From: the human T2T-CHM13v2.0 reference genome, Homo sapiens
Assembly: GCF_009914755.1 (NCBI RefSeq)
Contig: NC_060933.1
DNA length: 64,000 bases
Strand: one strand, 5' to 3'
This document shows, piece after piece, positions 1-14,899 of this stretch (its first letter is position 1; each line of letters opens with the position of its first letter). A program made the translations under genes and the position numbers. The notes beneath the pieces are model-generated. The model did no database searches and was not told the DNA's origin. It saw only the letters and a program-made list of their open reading frames with translations.

Positions 1-520
1 TAACAGTACAATTATCCTTCCTTGACATGGAGCCCAAGGTCCAACATTCCTGTGACAACTTGTGTGTTATGATAAAGTGTTTTACGATTTTATAACATCT
101 AATGTTGGTATGACCTTAGATCTAAAGATTTAAAACCTTGAGAATTCATTTAGAACTTCACGGTCCTGTTTCCCAGGCAGTAAAGTTCTATAAACAAGAA
201 TACTCATTCTCAATATTATCAATGACTCAAAGACATGAACATATAATTCACAGAAAAAAGCACACAAAATGTTCATATTTGCTGGTAACAAAAGAAATGC
301 AAGTAAAACATGAATTTAAACAAAAATTAAATATTATTTTTGTCCATAAAATTGATATTACCCAAAAATATAATATTCAATAATTATGAGGGTGTAGTAT
401 AGGGAAAGAAGTATACATTGATATAAACTCTCTGGAAAACTATTCTTTTGTGATATAATTCCAGGCTTGAATCACAGACACATGGAGACACATATACAGC
501 ATAATATTTAGCCTATCAGA

Positions 521-565
<45 letters not shown>
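521..565. repeat. (TA)n(CA)13(TA)n microsatellite
   Basis: Direct reading. Confidence 0.95.
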
Positions 566-603
566 ATGTACACTTTTGTTAAAATTGTGAAATCAATAAC
601 TTA

Positions 604-738
<135 letters not shown>

Positions 739-1689
739 TTATAAATATTTCTCTTTTATTCTCATCTCCCAGCTCTTTCTCTTTTTTTTTTTACTAAACA
801 TGAGGATAAGTAGGAGTAGTATAAAAATAATATTCAATGTAAAAAATCAGAAACAGAATAAAGACAGGCTTGAAGAAGAAAATAAAAACCATGTTATCCT
901 ACCGAGAAATAAGTTAATAGAGTTTACTAATACCACTATACACTAAAAACAGAGTTTTGCATATATTTCCAGACTTTTTTCAGTATATTTTCTTGCTTAT
1001 ACTCACACATGTACACTCACTTCAATAAAGAGAAAAAATAGGGTCATTCTCTACCTGAAATGTTGAAACTTGCTTTATTCACTTAAGTATATATTGGGCA
1101 TGTGCTGTATTAAATATATACTGATTTACATAAAGATTTTAAATTATGTGCAATAACCCATAGGGAAAACATTTTACAGATCAATAAGAAAAGAATAAAT
1201 ACCTCAATAGATACATGGTCAAAAGATATACACAGGTAATTTATAAAAGAATAGTTACACAAGATCAATTCCAAATAAACCATTATGGTGACCGTATTGT
1301 TAGAAATGAGTTGGAATGTCTCAGAATCTATTTAGACTTCCCACTCATATTTGAGGTGAATAGAAAATAATCGATGGCAAGTACTGAGAGAGATGCACTC
1401 TCACACTGAGTGCATTTTATACTCAAAATGTATCAGATTTATGGATCTGAGAATTCACAGCCTTAGTCATGACTGACAAATACAAAGAAATAAAGTGATG
1501 TATGAAGTGGTTTAGACTTTCTTCTAAGTATTTGTAGATAATTTGTTTTACACATTAAAATTTTCTGAATCAGTTAGCATACTATTACACAACTGTCCCC
1601 TAAAAATCAATAAAAATACTATTGCATAAAAGCTATCAGATTAAGATTGGATATAAATGTAATAAAATTGTGCTATTATAAGTAAAATT

Positions 1690-1840
1690 TAGAAGTTAGA
1701 TAAAGGAATGAAAACATATAATTAGTAAAGCTTACTTTACAAATGAGGACTACGAGGTAAGAGACAGTTAAAGGACTACCCCAGGTCACACAGATAGTGG
1801 TGGGGTTAGAGGTTGAACTCAAGGCTTCTAATGTCACAGC
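1690..1840 (-). mobile_element. MIR fragment
   Basis: tttacaaatgagga...aaggactaccccaggtcacacagatagt...gaactcaaggcttcta resembles the MIR core. Confidence 0.6.
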
Positions 1841-1925
1841 TTATTTTTATCTATAAATCATAAACAAAAAATAGAAAATTTTCATTCTAATAAAGCAAAA
1901 AAAGGATTTTGGCTTATATTCTTAC

Positions 1926-2104
1926 TTTCTAAAACTGTGTCTGGAAGAATCACTTTAAAGGCCATGTAAGGAATATTCAACTCTTTGCAGTGTTTAGTCC
2001 AACAAGAGTCTTCCACATAATTGTATTCCACCACAAATGAGAAATTACTCCAGGGGAAATCTGCTCCAATATATTGATTATGTACAACTACACAGGAACT
2101 TGTA
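1926..2104 (-). CDS. SHOC1: SHOC1 coding exon (179 nt; [11 protein letters not shown]...PDTVLE)
   Basis: Acceptor tctttag|T, donor A|gtaaga; phases 2->1; ORF 1882..2196. Confidence 0.94.
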
Positions 2105-3212
2105 CTAAAGACAAAAGAGAGCCAAGAAAATGGCATTATACTTGTGTTATTATTTTGTTGAACTATTAAAAGATGACTGTTTTCTGGCTGTTCCATCCTT
2201 CTCTAATCTATGCCTCATCTTAGAAAGGCACTGGTGCGTTTTCTGTTGATTTGCTCTTCAATAGTGTTAATTTCTTTATATTTTTCTTCTTAATGATCAT
2301 ACATTTTTATACCAGGATATAAAAACCTGTAACCTATTTCATATCCTCAAATGGGAGACAGCCTGATTTTATTACCTGAGTACTATCAATAAGAGAAATC
2401 AGCATGAAAAATCAGTCTCATTTTCTTACAAATATAAGGTCTTAATCTTAGATAATTACATAATAGGATATTATCTGGCAACTTTAAAATGGGATTTTTT
2501 TTTCTTAATGGGCTTCATAAATGATTTAACAACAACAAAAAAGATGGACACTTAAATATCATAAATTTAGCTTTCTTTTCTAATAAAATTTCATAAACAT
2601 TTTCAAATCTCATAAAACATACCACCTACTATAATTAAAATTCTCTATTGCTGCTATCTAGAGCAATCTAGAAGTTAAAAAGTACCTATGTCCAGTTTTT
2701 ATGGGCTTCTATTTGATTTACATTTTTAAAATTATTTGGATCCCAATATTTGAAAAAAAATAATTTCTATGTAAAATGAGGCAAAATAAAGAGTTTTACA
2801 CAATTCAACACTTGATTTATTATTAGCAGGCCCTTACTGAAAGAATTTCTAAAGGATATACTTCAGGAAGGAGAACCCTGAAGAAAGAAGATGTAAAAAA
2901 CAATGCTGAGCAAAGAAACTGGTACAAATATACTCTAAATAGGCACTTCTGTACTACAATAACAATATTATTATTATTATTTGGGGATATTAAAATAAGA
3001 TTGAATTACATTTCTGGACGCCAATAACATATAATACACAGGACAATGATCAGAATTAAAGTGCCCTATGTAAAGCATTTTTCAGGAAGAGGGTAGAGGC
3101 ATTGCTTAATTTCAGATTTTGTTAAATTTTTAAAGTTAACTTCTAGGAAGATTTTGCTTTTCCTGTGAAACTGGTACGTTTGTTCCTCACAGATGAAGGA
3201 ATGAATTTTTAC

Positions 3213-3282
3213 CCCCTTAAAACACCTTCAGATTCCAGAAAATCTTTTCTTTCATTTGAATGAAGGACAGTCAGTGTTAAAC
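3213..3282 (-). CDS. SHOC1: SHOC1 coding exon (70 nt; [22 protein letters not shown])
   Basis: Acceptor ttccaacag|GT, donor GG|gtaaaa; phases 1->2. Confidence 0.91.
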
Positions 3283-3533
3283 CTGTTGGAAAAAAGAATA
3301 ATTTTTTTCAGTGTCTTGTTCAGATACATATTTTTGGTATGTCATATATTTCACTACCATAAAAATGAATTAAAAATCTGTGAATAACAAAACTGCTTAA
3401 AATACAATTTGCTAGATTATTTTTCTAAGTTTAGCATATCAGAAACTTTGAACCATAACCAATATTTCTCTTGCGTGTATATATAGAGCATGGAAATTCT
3501 AAATTTATTATATAAAATAATAAAATTGATTAA

Positions 3534-3856
<323 letters not shown>

Positions 3857-4412
3857 ATAGAAACTTAATTTTAAAGTAAGCAAATTAAACACTCACCAAT
3901 CCTGTGCAGTTAATTTTGTTTTGCTAAATATCAGGGTGGATTTTATCTTTGTTCTCTAGCCAAAAATTTAAGTACATAACTAAATAAGAGACTGTATTTC
4001 AATGTAATAGGAATGCCTTTATTCTCTTTCTACTGAGTATTTAGAAGCAGAACACTTATTGGGAACTGTTTCTTAGATTCACTCTTGCTTCTCATACTTT
4101 AAATTTCTTATTTTACTAATGTTTAAACAAAATATAATAAATTTCAAAATATTCTGTACCCATCCACACAATTTATTTTTGGTAGACATAATTGATTCAA
4201 GAATGGCTAATTCTAGTTCAAATAAATTATATACTCTATTAGTGTATTTTTTCAACCATAAAGTTGACGAAGGTGTGATATAATAATAATGAGAGTAATG
4301 GTCAATAATTTCATATAACTTTACTTGACATGACAATAGTTCTGGTAGTGATAAGAAGTGAGTACTATTTCTCTTTTATAATTCATAAGGTGATTCTTCT
4401 ATTTAAAACCTA

Positions 4413-4727
<315 letters not shown>

Positions 4728-5067
4728 CTAATCTGCTTAAATGATTGTATTCGCTATGATCCCAAAGCAGATTAATTACTTGGTAAGTGCAGTACTAGAT
4801 CTTACAAACGCATAGAAAACAGAACTACGTTTTTACTTTCCAACACTAGGCAGAAAAATAAAAGCCTTGCTTCCAGAAACTGAAGATAATTGCCGTTCTG
4901 AAAAAGAGTAAAAACATCTTCCAGTTTATAGACTCAAAATTTTTGTGTCAGTAGACCTTGTTGAAATGAAGATAATAAGCTCATTGATTACATAATCCTG
5001 AATGCCAAAAGAGACAGGAGTATTCAGCATGAAACCCAGATATGCGATACAGAGTAATAATCTGTCA

Positions 5068-5284
5068 ATAAGGGTGACTATAGTCAGTAATAACTTAATT
5101 GTACATTTTAAAGTAAAAAGTGTAACTGAGTTATCTGTAACTCAAAGGATAAATGCTTGAGGGGATGGAGGGGATTCTCCATAATGGGCTTATTTCACAT
5201 TGCATGCCTGTATCAAAACATCTCATGTGCCCCATAAATTTATACACCTACTATGTTCCCACAAAAACTAAAACTAAAAAAAAA
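5068..5284 (+). mobile_element. L1MA-type 3' end with TSD AATCTGTCA
   Basis: ...gcctgtatcaaaacatctcatgtgccccataaatttatacacctactatg...A-tail; aatctgtca on both flanks. Confidence 0.8.
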
Positions 5285-5849
5285 TCTGTCAGTGTATCTT
5301 CAGTAACATCAAAGGAGAAGGTGTCCCACTGAGTAGGTTTAAATATTCTTCTCTGTGGAGCAGGCATATTTCCTCAGGTTCTTCACAAAAATATTCCTTT
5401 GGTTATCCAAGTCCCTTTCTTTTATAGTGCAAACATTGCTCAGCACTTTCCTGATTTTTTAAAAAAATGTTTCCAATTACCCTGATTACAGACAACTGTG
5501 GTAGTCTCAGCCCCATAACTGTTAACTATTGCTCTAACATTTTGGTACTAGTAAGGATCTTATGAATTTGGTGGATACAAATCATCTTCCCAGGATTGGA
5601 AAACTGAATGAAATAATAAGATCCAAGTTTACAAATCTAGACTCTAGATACATGATAACTTTGTCAAGAAATAGCACCTTATAAGACTCTGCTTGAGAGA
5701 CCTTTCCATTCTCACATTACCATAATTTAAAATATTAGTTAACTTCCTGCACCGATGAGCAGATCTATGTGGCTATATTTGTATATTTCGGTTCAGTCTT
5801 TTTCACTAGTTCTAGTGTGTACTACGTATATAGAGAGGCACTAATTGGC

Positions 5850-8040
5850 ACATTCATTTGTTTAATAAACTTTTATCGAGTGCCTTCTATGTTGTGGGCA
5901 TTTTCCTGAGTGCTGGGAATAAAAATTAGGGTATGATCTGAATCCCCCAAAAGCAGACATTTTAGTGAGGAAAACAGATAAGAGGATCATTTCTAAGGGT
6001 GATAACACCCTTATAGCCTGGGGTGGGAAGTGGTGCCTTAGAAGTATGCACATAATGGCCTGAGAGCACAGAGGAAAAGCATTGAAATCAAGCCTTCCTC
6101 AACAAATGTTTTAATTAATTTTTTAAAAATGTGTAGGAGTTAGCTTCCTAACAAAGGGGGAAGAATATTCTTATAGCAGGAACAAGAGGTATAAAGGCAT
6201 AGAGATATGAAACAGCATGATAGTTTGGTAAGGTAAGAGTAAAGAACTATTTTAGGAGATGAAGATGGCAAAAGATGCAGCTTATAGAGGGAAGAGAAAC
6301 GGTAACCAAAGGGTGACATAGGTTGACAGTGGTGTTTTATTTTATTTTTAAGACTGAAGGGCTTAAACATTAAGGAAAAGAGTAATTAGAGAGAAAGGTT
6401 GGGCTAGGAAATAACTGATGGAACAAAGTGCTTGAGACTGCAGGAGGAGATGGTATCCAAAGCACAAGTGAAAGATTGGTCTTCAAAGGGAGGTTCATTT
6501 CTATAGAGAAAAGAGGAAAGGATAAAGAACAGAGAGAAATGCAGGTAAGTGGTAAGTCTGTAAATGGTGATAGAGACAGGAGGCAGCCAATGGTCCCCCG
6601 GCGAAACCCCTTCTTCAAGCCTAAAGCAGCCTGAAGGCTGAAAAACCAGACTGCTGGTCCTGGATGAAGCCCAACCTTTCTTAATTGATTCTTTCTGAAT
6701 AATGCACACCTGCGCACTGGGAAGACGGGATGAGGCCTTGGGAAGTTCCTGCCACTTGCAGGAGGGAGGATCCTCTCCTGTCCTCTTCCTGTGTGGTAAC
6801 CTGGGATTCAATCTGTGAGATGGGGGTCTATTAACAGGAACCCCTCTCGCTTTGCTGAGTTTTTTCTTTTTTACCAAATAAATTCTGCTCCTTACTCTTC
6901 AAAGTGTCTGCGAGCCTAATCTTTTCTGGTCATGTGACAAGAGCCTGGTTTTTCTACAACAATGGTAGGGAAGGAAACTGAGGAGGATACTTAAATGATT
7001 AATGAAAATTAGAAGGCACAATTCCCTTCCAAAAAATGAAAGGATGGGTAATATAGTAGGGGTTTTTTGTATAGTCATTCAGAAAATAGGAGTGGAACTA
7101 AGAATATATAAAAAGATTGTTAAGACGTCTTAAGAGCCCAGGTAAATTTAGAGGGCATGAGTTTGTGAGTTTGTAGTAGTACCAATCTATATGACTATGT
7201 GATTCTCTCCAATAGCGCTCAGCATCTCAGGTGTAGGAATAGAGAAGTTAAATGAATTGATTGATTCAGGGTTGAGGTTTAAATGAAAAGTACAATAGAA
7301 GCATAAGACTGATTAAAGTGATGGGTCAAATCACTGAGTCTGGAAAGAAAAGGAGATGAAACAAAAAAGTAGCTAGTGGATTATAGATCTCTAAGATGTT
7401 GAAGATCATGAAAGAGCTATAGGTATAGACAAAGAGCAATGTATCAGAATTTAAAGTTCAGAGGTAGGACCGTTCTGCATTATCACAAGTTCAATGGAAT
7501 AGCCAAGGAACTGAAGATGAATATAATTTTTGTTGTGGAGGCCAGTGAAACTATAAGGCCAGGGTGTTGAATGAATCATTCACATTAGAAACATTAAAGA
7601 CACCTAGAATAATGACAGGACTAGAAGTGTAAAGAATACCATGAGCTAGGTACACAATTGTCCATGGATGATGGGAAATAACCAGGTGGTTAGTAGATGA
7701 TAAGTGGTAGAGAATGGTATGGCAATATGGCACAGCCTCAAAGGAGGAGGAATAATGTTTTGAAAATGATAATGGAAGGTAAGAAATGGCTTTCTCATCT
7801 CTATGCGGTATATATGTAGAGAAAATTATCAGCTTTTATATGAGAGGAAGTAGTATCATGCGGAGAAAGTTGGGCTTCAGTTAACACAAAGGAGATGAAG
7901 AAAGAGCAGAGTTTGCATAACAAGCAATGGATTCTACAGCACCAAGTGGAAAGGGTTGACAGAAGGGGCAGTAGTGGGTAGAAAAGTGTAGTAAGTGAGG
8001 AAAACAGACAAGAGAACTGAAGAATTGAGAATTGAAGAAT
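5850..8040 (-). mobile_element. Decayed L2 fragments, interrupted by an LTR
   Basis: cattcatttgtttaataaacttttatcgagtgccttctatg is an L2 3' end; purine-rich continuation. Confidence 0.55.
6568..6961 (+). mobile_element. ERV1-class solo LTR (MER48/MER61-like), 394 bp
   Basis: TG...CA termini (tgatagagacagg...ctacaaca), 4-bp TSD ATGG, internal AATAAA at ~6877. Confidence 0.8.
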
Positions 8041-8049
8041 GATACTAAA

Positions 8050-8225
8050 ACGAGAGTCCTAGGTTCAAATCCTGACTCCCTAACTACCTGTGAGATTTGG
8101 CATGCTACATCACCTTTAGCATGAACTTTAGTTTCTTTATTTGTAAAACTGAGTTAATAAAACCTATTCATAGAATTGTAAGTAGCTAATATTATTTAGC
8201 AACTAGTAGGCAATCAATAAAAGTG
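8050..8225 (+). mobile_element. MIR
   Basis: cctaggttcaaatcctgactcc...tttagtttctttatttgtaaaactg core. Confidence 0.7.
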
Positions 8226-8457
8226 TCAATTATTAGTAATAACAAATACATATAAACACCTTGTAGTGTATTTGTACTGCAAACTTATAGTCCAGATTGA
8301 TTTAAAAGCTGGTTAGATCCCAATGAGTTATACGCTTTCTAAGGGTGAATTTCATGCTATGTTAATTATGTCTTAATTTTAAAAGCTGGTTAGATCAATA
8401 CACTTTTATAAGTTCAAGCATTTGTTATCAAATGAAGCATAATTTAAAACTGCCTAC

Positions 8458-8530
8458 CTTCTATTTTGTTAAGAATTTTAATGAGAAAATGTTTTTCACC
8501 GTCTGAGTCCATTCTTATTATAATCAGTAC
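8458..8530 (-). CDS. SHOC1: SHOC1 coding exon (73 nt; VLIIIRMDSDGEKHFLIKILNKIE)
   Basis: Acceptor ttgactag|GTA, donor AAG|gtaggc; phases 0->1. Confidence 0.92.
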
Positions 8531-9372
8531 CTAGTCAAAAATAAAAATTTCATATATATGTGGATGATTATTCTTTTTCACAGTTTTGATACAGTGACAA
8601 AATAACAAACTTTAATTGGTTCTATGAAACTAATGACAATAAGATTACAAAGCAAATATTTCTGTTGTAAAAAATGTCAATACTTAAACTCAAGGAATAT
8701 ATTCTGGTAAGATCAAATATCAGTGAAGAAAATATTTTGGGATAGGGCATTCTTAGCATTCTTCAAGTATTCCCACATATGTGACTATCAATACATAGGT
8801 TGTCTCTGTTAGTGTTAAATTCAACTCACATGTTTAAATTTGTTGGAGAAAACCCGTGATCTGCTGCTATATTTTGCTACTTACCATTACAGTTTTGTGG
8901 GGGAGAGGTGGGAGAGCAAATCAGTTTCGATTTAAAATTTCTCACTTAGATTAAATTATTTTAATGACTTAAGAAAGTTATTACCCAAGAGACTATAAAG
9001 TTGCGGTTAAGAAATAGGAGGCACAGAACGAAAAATCAGAAAAAGGCCACAGTTTATATCTGGATTTTTAGTGTAAACTATTTGAAATGCTTTTCTGCTT
9101 GATAAGATTTTAAAAAGCAATTTCTGTTAAAACTTCATTAATGCAACCTTTATATGCTTGATGTAGGGTAGGCAAATAATTGTGAATGTAATCCAAGGCA
9201 TAAACTAAATATTTGTTTTGGTGGAATCATATGAGATTCTGGCTTGGTATTTTAAAATAAATCATTGAGTTCTATTATTATGTATACGTTCATGGACTTA
9301 TATAAGTACTAGACAAAATTTCTGACAATTGGAGAACCAATCCTTAGGAAAACTATGCATAATAAAAATTAA

Positions 9373-9590
<218 letters not shown>

Positions 9591-9802
9591 TAAAGTATTT
9601 TTAAATTTGAGACATGAATAATGATGCAAATCATCCTTTCTATGGGTCTGATTCTGTTCTGTTACCTTATTCAAGGACTAAACCATCAAGGGACTAAGTA
9701 GTATAGACTACTTCATAATTTTAAAGTTAAATGCAAAAATGTATCTTACATCCAATTCTTACTTAAACTGATTATTTTACCGGCTTTATTCCAATACTTA
9801 AC

Positions 9803-9981
9803 CTTAATTTGCTGTTGACTTTGCATCCAACTTAGTATCTGACATTGCAATTCTTGTATCTTGTAGTTGGTTTCAGGCTTTTTCCCCCTAATAAACTGTA
9901 CAATCTCCAGCTGTCTCCAAATGTCACCCAAATAGGGGCCTAAAATGCTGTTGTAGATATCTTTTGCCTTCGACAAATATC
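9803..9981 (-). CDS. SHOC1: SHOC1 coding exon (179 nt; [10 protein letters not shown]...QQQIK)
   Basis: Acceptor caatag|GA, donor AAG|gttaag; phases 1->0; ORF 9746..9976. Confidence 0.93.
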
Positions 9982-11702
9982 CTATTGAAGCAAAATTAGA
10001 AAAAAATTGTCTAAGTATTTGTTTTTTAAGAAACTCCGTGGTAAAAAAGGCTTAAAGAAAATAAGTCAAAGCAGAGACAGTTAAAATTTCCTTTAATTGT
10101 TTTCTGATTTTGATCAAAGACACTAATAAAAACTTTAAAACTGAGTGAAGCTTAAAAATATGTACCACATACTCTTTTTAAGCTGCATATGTACATTAAT
10201 ATATGCTACACACTCTCTAAATACATAACCTATCCTGCCTCCTGGCTTGTTGAATGCTATTGCACTCTTCCTAAATCCCAGGATCTATATTTACATGGAA
10301 GTCCTGTTGAACTGCTACTTAAGTGGAATTTTCTTGGTATTTTATCCGTACAACTTTTGTACTTGATATCTGCTTATTTATGTATATCACTTAGCCTATA
10401 AGCTCTTTCAGGGTAGAACATGTGGTATTTATACATATTTAATTCATATGGCTGCTAAAACAGCAGTGCCTCATTCAGGCTCACTAAGGGCATTTTTAAA
10501 CATAGATTCATCCTTGAAGGTTCATATTCAGTACATCTAGATTATGTCCTAATGATTTCTATGTCTAAAAAGCTCTCCGTGTGATTCTGCTGAATTTCAC
10601 CAGAGTTACCACCAGAGCACCTGGCATGGTAACTTATGTAGATCAGGTGTTTAATGAATATTTGGGTAACAAATGAAATAATAAATTTGGGTAACAAATG
10701 AAATAAATTTAAAAAATTTAATGTCTATGTACAAGTTTTATGTATGTGTGCATATTAATTCTATTTTTATATTAAAATTGCTAGACTGATGGGCAACTTA
10801 GAGACTGACTTACGTTCTTTCTGCCTCATCTTCAGACCTCCCCCTGATTCTCCATATTGCCATGAGAATTAACCTTTTGAAAAATAAATGTAATCCAGTA
10901 GCATCCCTGAAATTCTTTTGTGTAGCTTAAAGGGCTCTCCATGATTTGGCTTTTTCTTATTTCTCCAGGCCTAGCTCCTGCTTGCCTTCTAACTTGTCCT
11001 CTTCAATCTAACCACATGGAACTGTTGGCAACATTTCCACTGGTACATTCCTCTGGGCTCTTAATTCTGCCTAGAATAGTCTTTTATACTATATCTACTT
11101 GGCAAACTTCTACTTATTTTTTTAAAAACATACCCATCTTAAGGATAATAGTCTCCATCTTTTGTGCCACTACCATATATCTCTGTTGTAATACCTATCA
11201 CATTCCATAATAAATACTGAATTTATTTCTGGGTTAAAGCCCAGAAGAGAAACGCTATTATTTGAACCTAAAACTCACTACCTTGCCAGCTTGGGAGAGG
11301 GAGCAAACTGGAAGCTAGGAGAAAACACAGAATTCTGGCAGCCAGACCTCCGTGGATTTTTTTTTTCCTCTGCCATTATACAGAGAGAAAGAAAGGACAA
11401 CCTAACTTGATCTTGGCTTTCAAGAGGTATAGAGGAAAGAGAAAGCCCTCTACTAAAAATGTCCAAAGCAACTACATTATTCGTATGGCTGGATACCTGG
11501 AGATTAAGAAGTTAGTTTTCCAACAAGAATCTTACTTTTATGGTATTCCTTAAGGTAGATAAATAGTAATGCCAAAGTATGATTTAGTAACTGCATGTCT
11601 TAGAGGAACAGAAAGAATTCAGTCCAAGTATAAAGCTCTCAGTGGTCTCACTTAACTAGGGTAAATTATAGACTACACTACTTAAAGATAAATATTGTTT
11701 AA

Positions 11703-12048
<346 letters not shown>

Positions 12049-12669
12049 CATGAATATTATTTATTTAATCCAAGGCTTTGGTAAGTATTGAGCATACTGT
12101 ACTTGTCTAGATTATGCACTTGGCCAAGTATTATTACTAAACTACAGCTATCTTTAGAAAGCCCAACATGGTGCTATTCTTTTCTTCTTCAATTAAACCA
12201 CTTGAATGTTGATACTGGACCAGGTTGTCTTGTCTCCATCCTCAGACAAGTAAGGATTGGGGGCTAAGAACCCTACTTTACAGTACCTAAACAAGCATAA
12301 GTGTGTAGTGTCACATGCCCTTTTATTTAGTCACCTGACTTCATTGTGCTTCTCAGCTTCTATAATAGATTGCTAGCTCTACAAACAGTGAGATTGGTTA
12401 TTACTCATGATATTAAAACAGAATTTCAGAATCTAGAATATCTGAGGTCCCACTGCTTTAGAGGGAGTACATTTATGATTCACTGCTGTTCAATATTTAC
12501 CAAAACTTTGGATTAGAAAAATAATATTTATGTCTGGATCATAAATAAGAGAAAATGTCTGGGTCTTAGATCAGAGGAAATTTATTTTTACTTTATGTTT
12601 GAAATAGGTTCTAGGAACTCTAAATTATAAAACATAATTCCATAAACATACCATTGTTAAACAAGTCTA

Positions 12670-12969
12670 GGCTGGGTGTGGTGGCTCACACTTGTAATCT
12701 CAGCCCTTTGGGAGGCCAAGGCGGGTGGATCACCTGAGGTCAGGAGTTCAACAGCAGCCTGGCCAACGTGGTGAAACCCTGTCTCTACTAAAAATACAAA
12801 ATTAGCCAGGCATGGTGGCGGGCGCCTGTAATTCCAGCTTCCTGGGGGGCTGAGGCAGGAGAATGGCATGAAGCCAGGAGGCAGAGGTTGCAGGTTGCAG
12901 TGAGATCACACCTCTGCACACCTACCTGGGCAACAAAGCAAAACTCTGTCTCAAAAAAAAAAAAAAAAA
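12670..12969 (+). mobile_element. Alu (AluS-like) with TSD AAGTCTA
   Basis: Full dimer with poly-A. Confidence 0.95.
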
Positions 12970-13503
12970 GTCTAAATAATCTTGCAATAAGGGGCCTAAA
13001 GCAGTAATGTAGTAAGACAGACATTTTAATTTGATAGGTTATAAAAAATTCCAAAATCTTAGAAATTCCAATATGTTCAAAATAGTTTGATTTTATTACC
13101 CAAGTAATTCATATACTAATATAGACATGACTAAAAAAGAAATTGGAAAAGATCTTACTCCTTATAGTTATATTTTACATAGCAAAGACTCAAAGCCACA
13201 AAAATGCAATGAGGACCCAAAATGTTTATGACAAAATGTCAAATCTCACATTAAAAAGTCATGCATGATAATGATTATACAATCAAATCTGCTAGATTAG
13301 AGAATCCTAAACCTATTTTTCTAGGTGATGACAGTGTTAAGGACAATTTCTTTTAATGAATACAAGCAGAATAAAATGTATATATTTCATTAGAATTATG
13401 TCAAAATGTATGTAATGCTTAGTATAATAGAAAAGAAGGCTACATCATTTCTTATAAGGTGTATCTTTTTCAGAAAAGTAAGTTATTTCAGATGAAATAT
13501 TTA

Positions 13504-13686
<183 letters not shown>

Positions 13687-13719
13687 TTACAGTTTTAGAA
13701 TATGTATCAGAATCTGCCT

Positions 13720-13945
13720 AATAATGGGAGCTAACATTTATTATTGAGTGCTTACTATATGCCAGGCTGTATATAAGCTGGCTATTTCATTGAATCTATA
13801 ACAACAATCCCATCAGACAAGTTTATTATGATCCAAATTTTATGAATGAGGAAATAGTATTAATGAAGTTAAGTAACTGTCCAAGGTCAGTGAGTGAGTA
13901 AATGGTAGAGCTGTCATTTAAACTCAGCTAACCTGAGAATTCATG
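13720..13945 (-). mobile_element. MIR
   Basis: ctaacatttattattgagtgcttactatatgccagg...tttatgaatgaggaaa...gttaagtaactgtccaaggtca. Confidence 0.75.
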
Positions 13946-14899
13946 CCCTTGTTGCTTCCAAAGAATATTCAGCTATTTCTACTGCTATTGGGAAAAAGAG
14001 TCAACGCTTCCCAGTTATGAAACAAGAATAAAAATAGATTCATAACTTGCCAACTGATTAAGATAAAAGTAGAGGATCATAACATGAAGAAATACCTTGA
14101 AATGGAGGTAGACACCTAGGAATATTTATTCAAAGGTATAACTCAAACAAGAGATAAACTCACAGGGACAGCCTTATTGCCTAATTGTGTTCCATTTAGT
14201 TCCAGAGCTTTTTTGGACGATAGACTGGATTTTTCTGCATATAAAAGTGAGACCAAGAAGATGGGATTCTAGACCCCCTGCCCCAATTTAACCAGAGAAG
14301 CTCTACTTTTCTTTTTCATATATTGAGATCTCATGAAATTTATTTGAACAAAGAATTCTGCTAAAAAGTTTGCAAATTGATGATCTATTCAATGAAGATC
14401 AAGGCAAATATGTAGTAGGGAATTAAGAGGGAAAGCCAATTATGGGTAGTATATTCAGCCCCTAGAAGGACTTGTGGGAACAAGTCAATCATGACCTGCA
14501 AGAGATGAGAATAGGGCAGAGAAAACATATTTGGGGAACTGGAAATGTAAAAATGCTTGGAAAATGGAGTACAGACTAGGAAACTAGTGTGGGAAATGGT
14601 CTGACTTCTTTTAATCTAGGTTTACTTAATTGTTACTTGTAGGCTTAGTTTTATCTCAACTCTGGGGCCAATGAAAGAATATTAAGTATAACAACTATTC
14701 ACTTGCTCGGGATTAATGCAATATTGTTCCAACTGGATACCCAAAACCATGTCCCTTTTTTGTCCTCTATTATACTTCATACATAGTTATGCTGTATATT
14801 TTATAATAATCATCATTCTGCTCAATGATGTTCAAAACCTTTAGAAGCTCAACCCATATTCAGCTAATTTAAAACCTGAGAATTACAGGACTGAAACTA

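Noticed and set aside
6370-6877. Overlapping 115-157 aa ORFs
   Set aside because: They span an L2/LTR junction, have no recognisable domain and no splice support.
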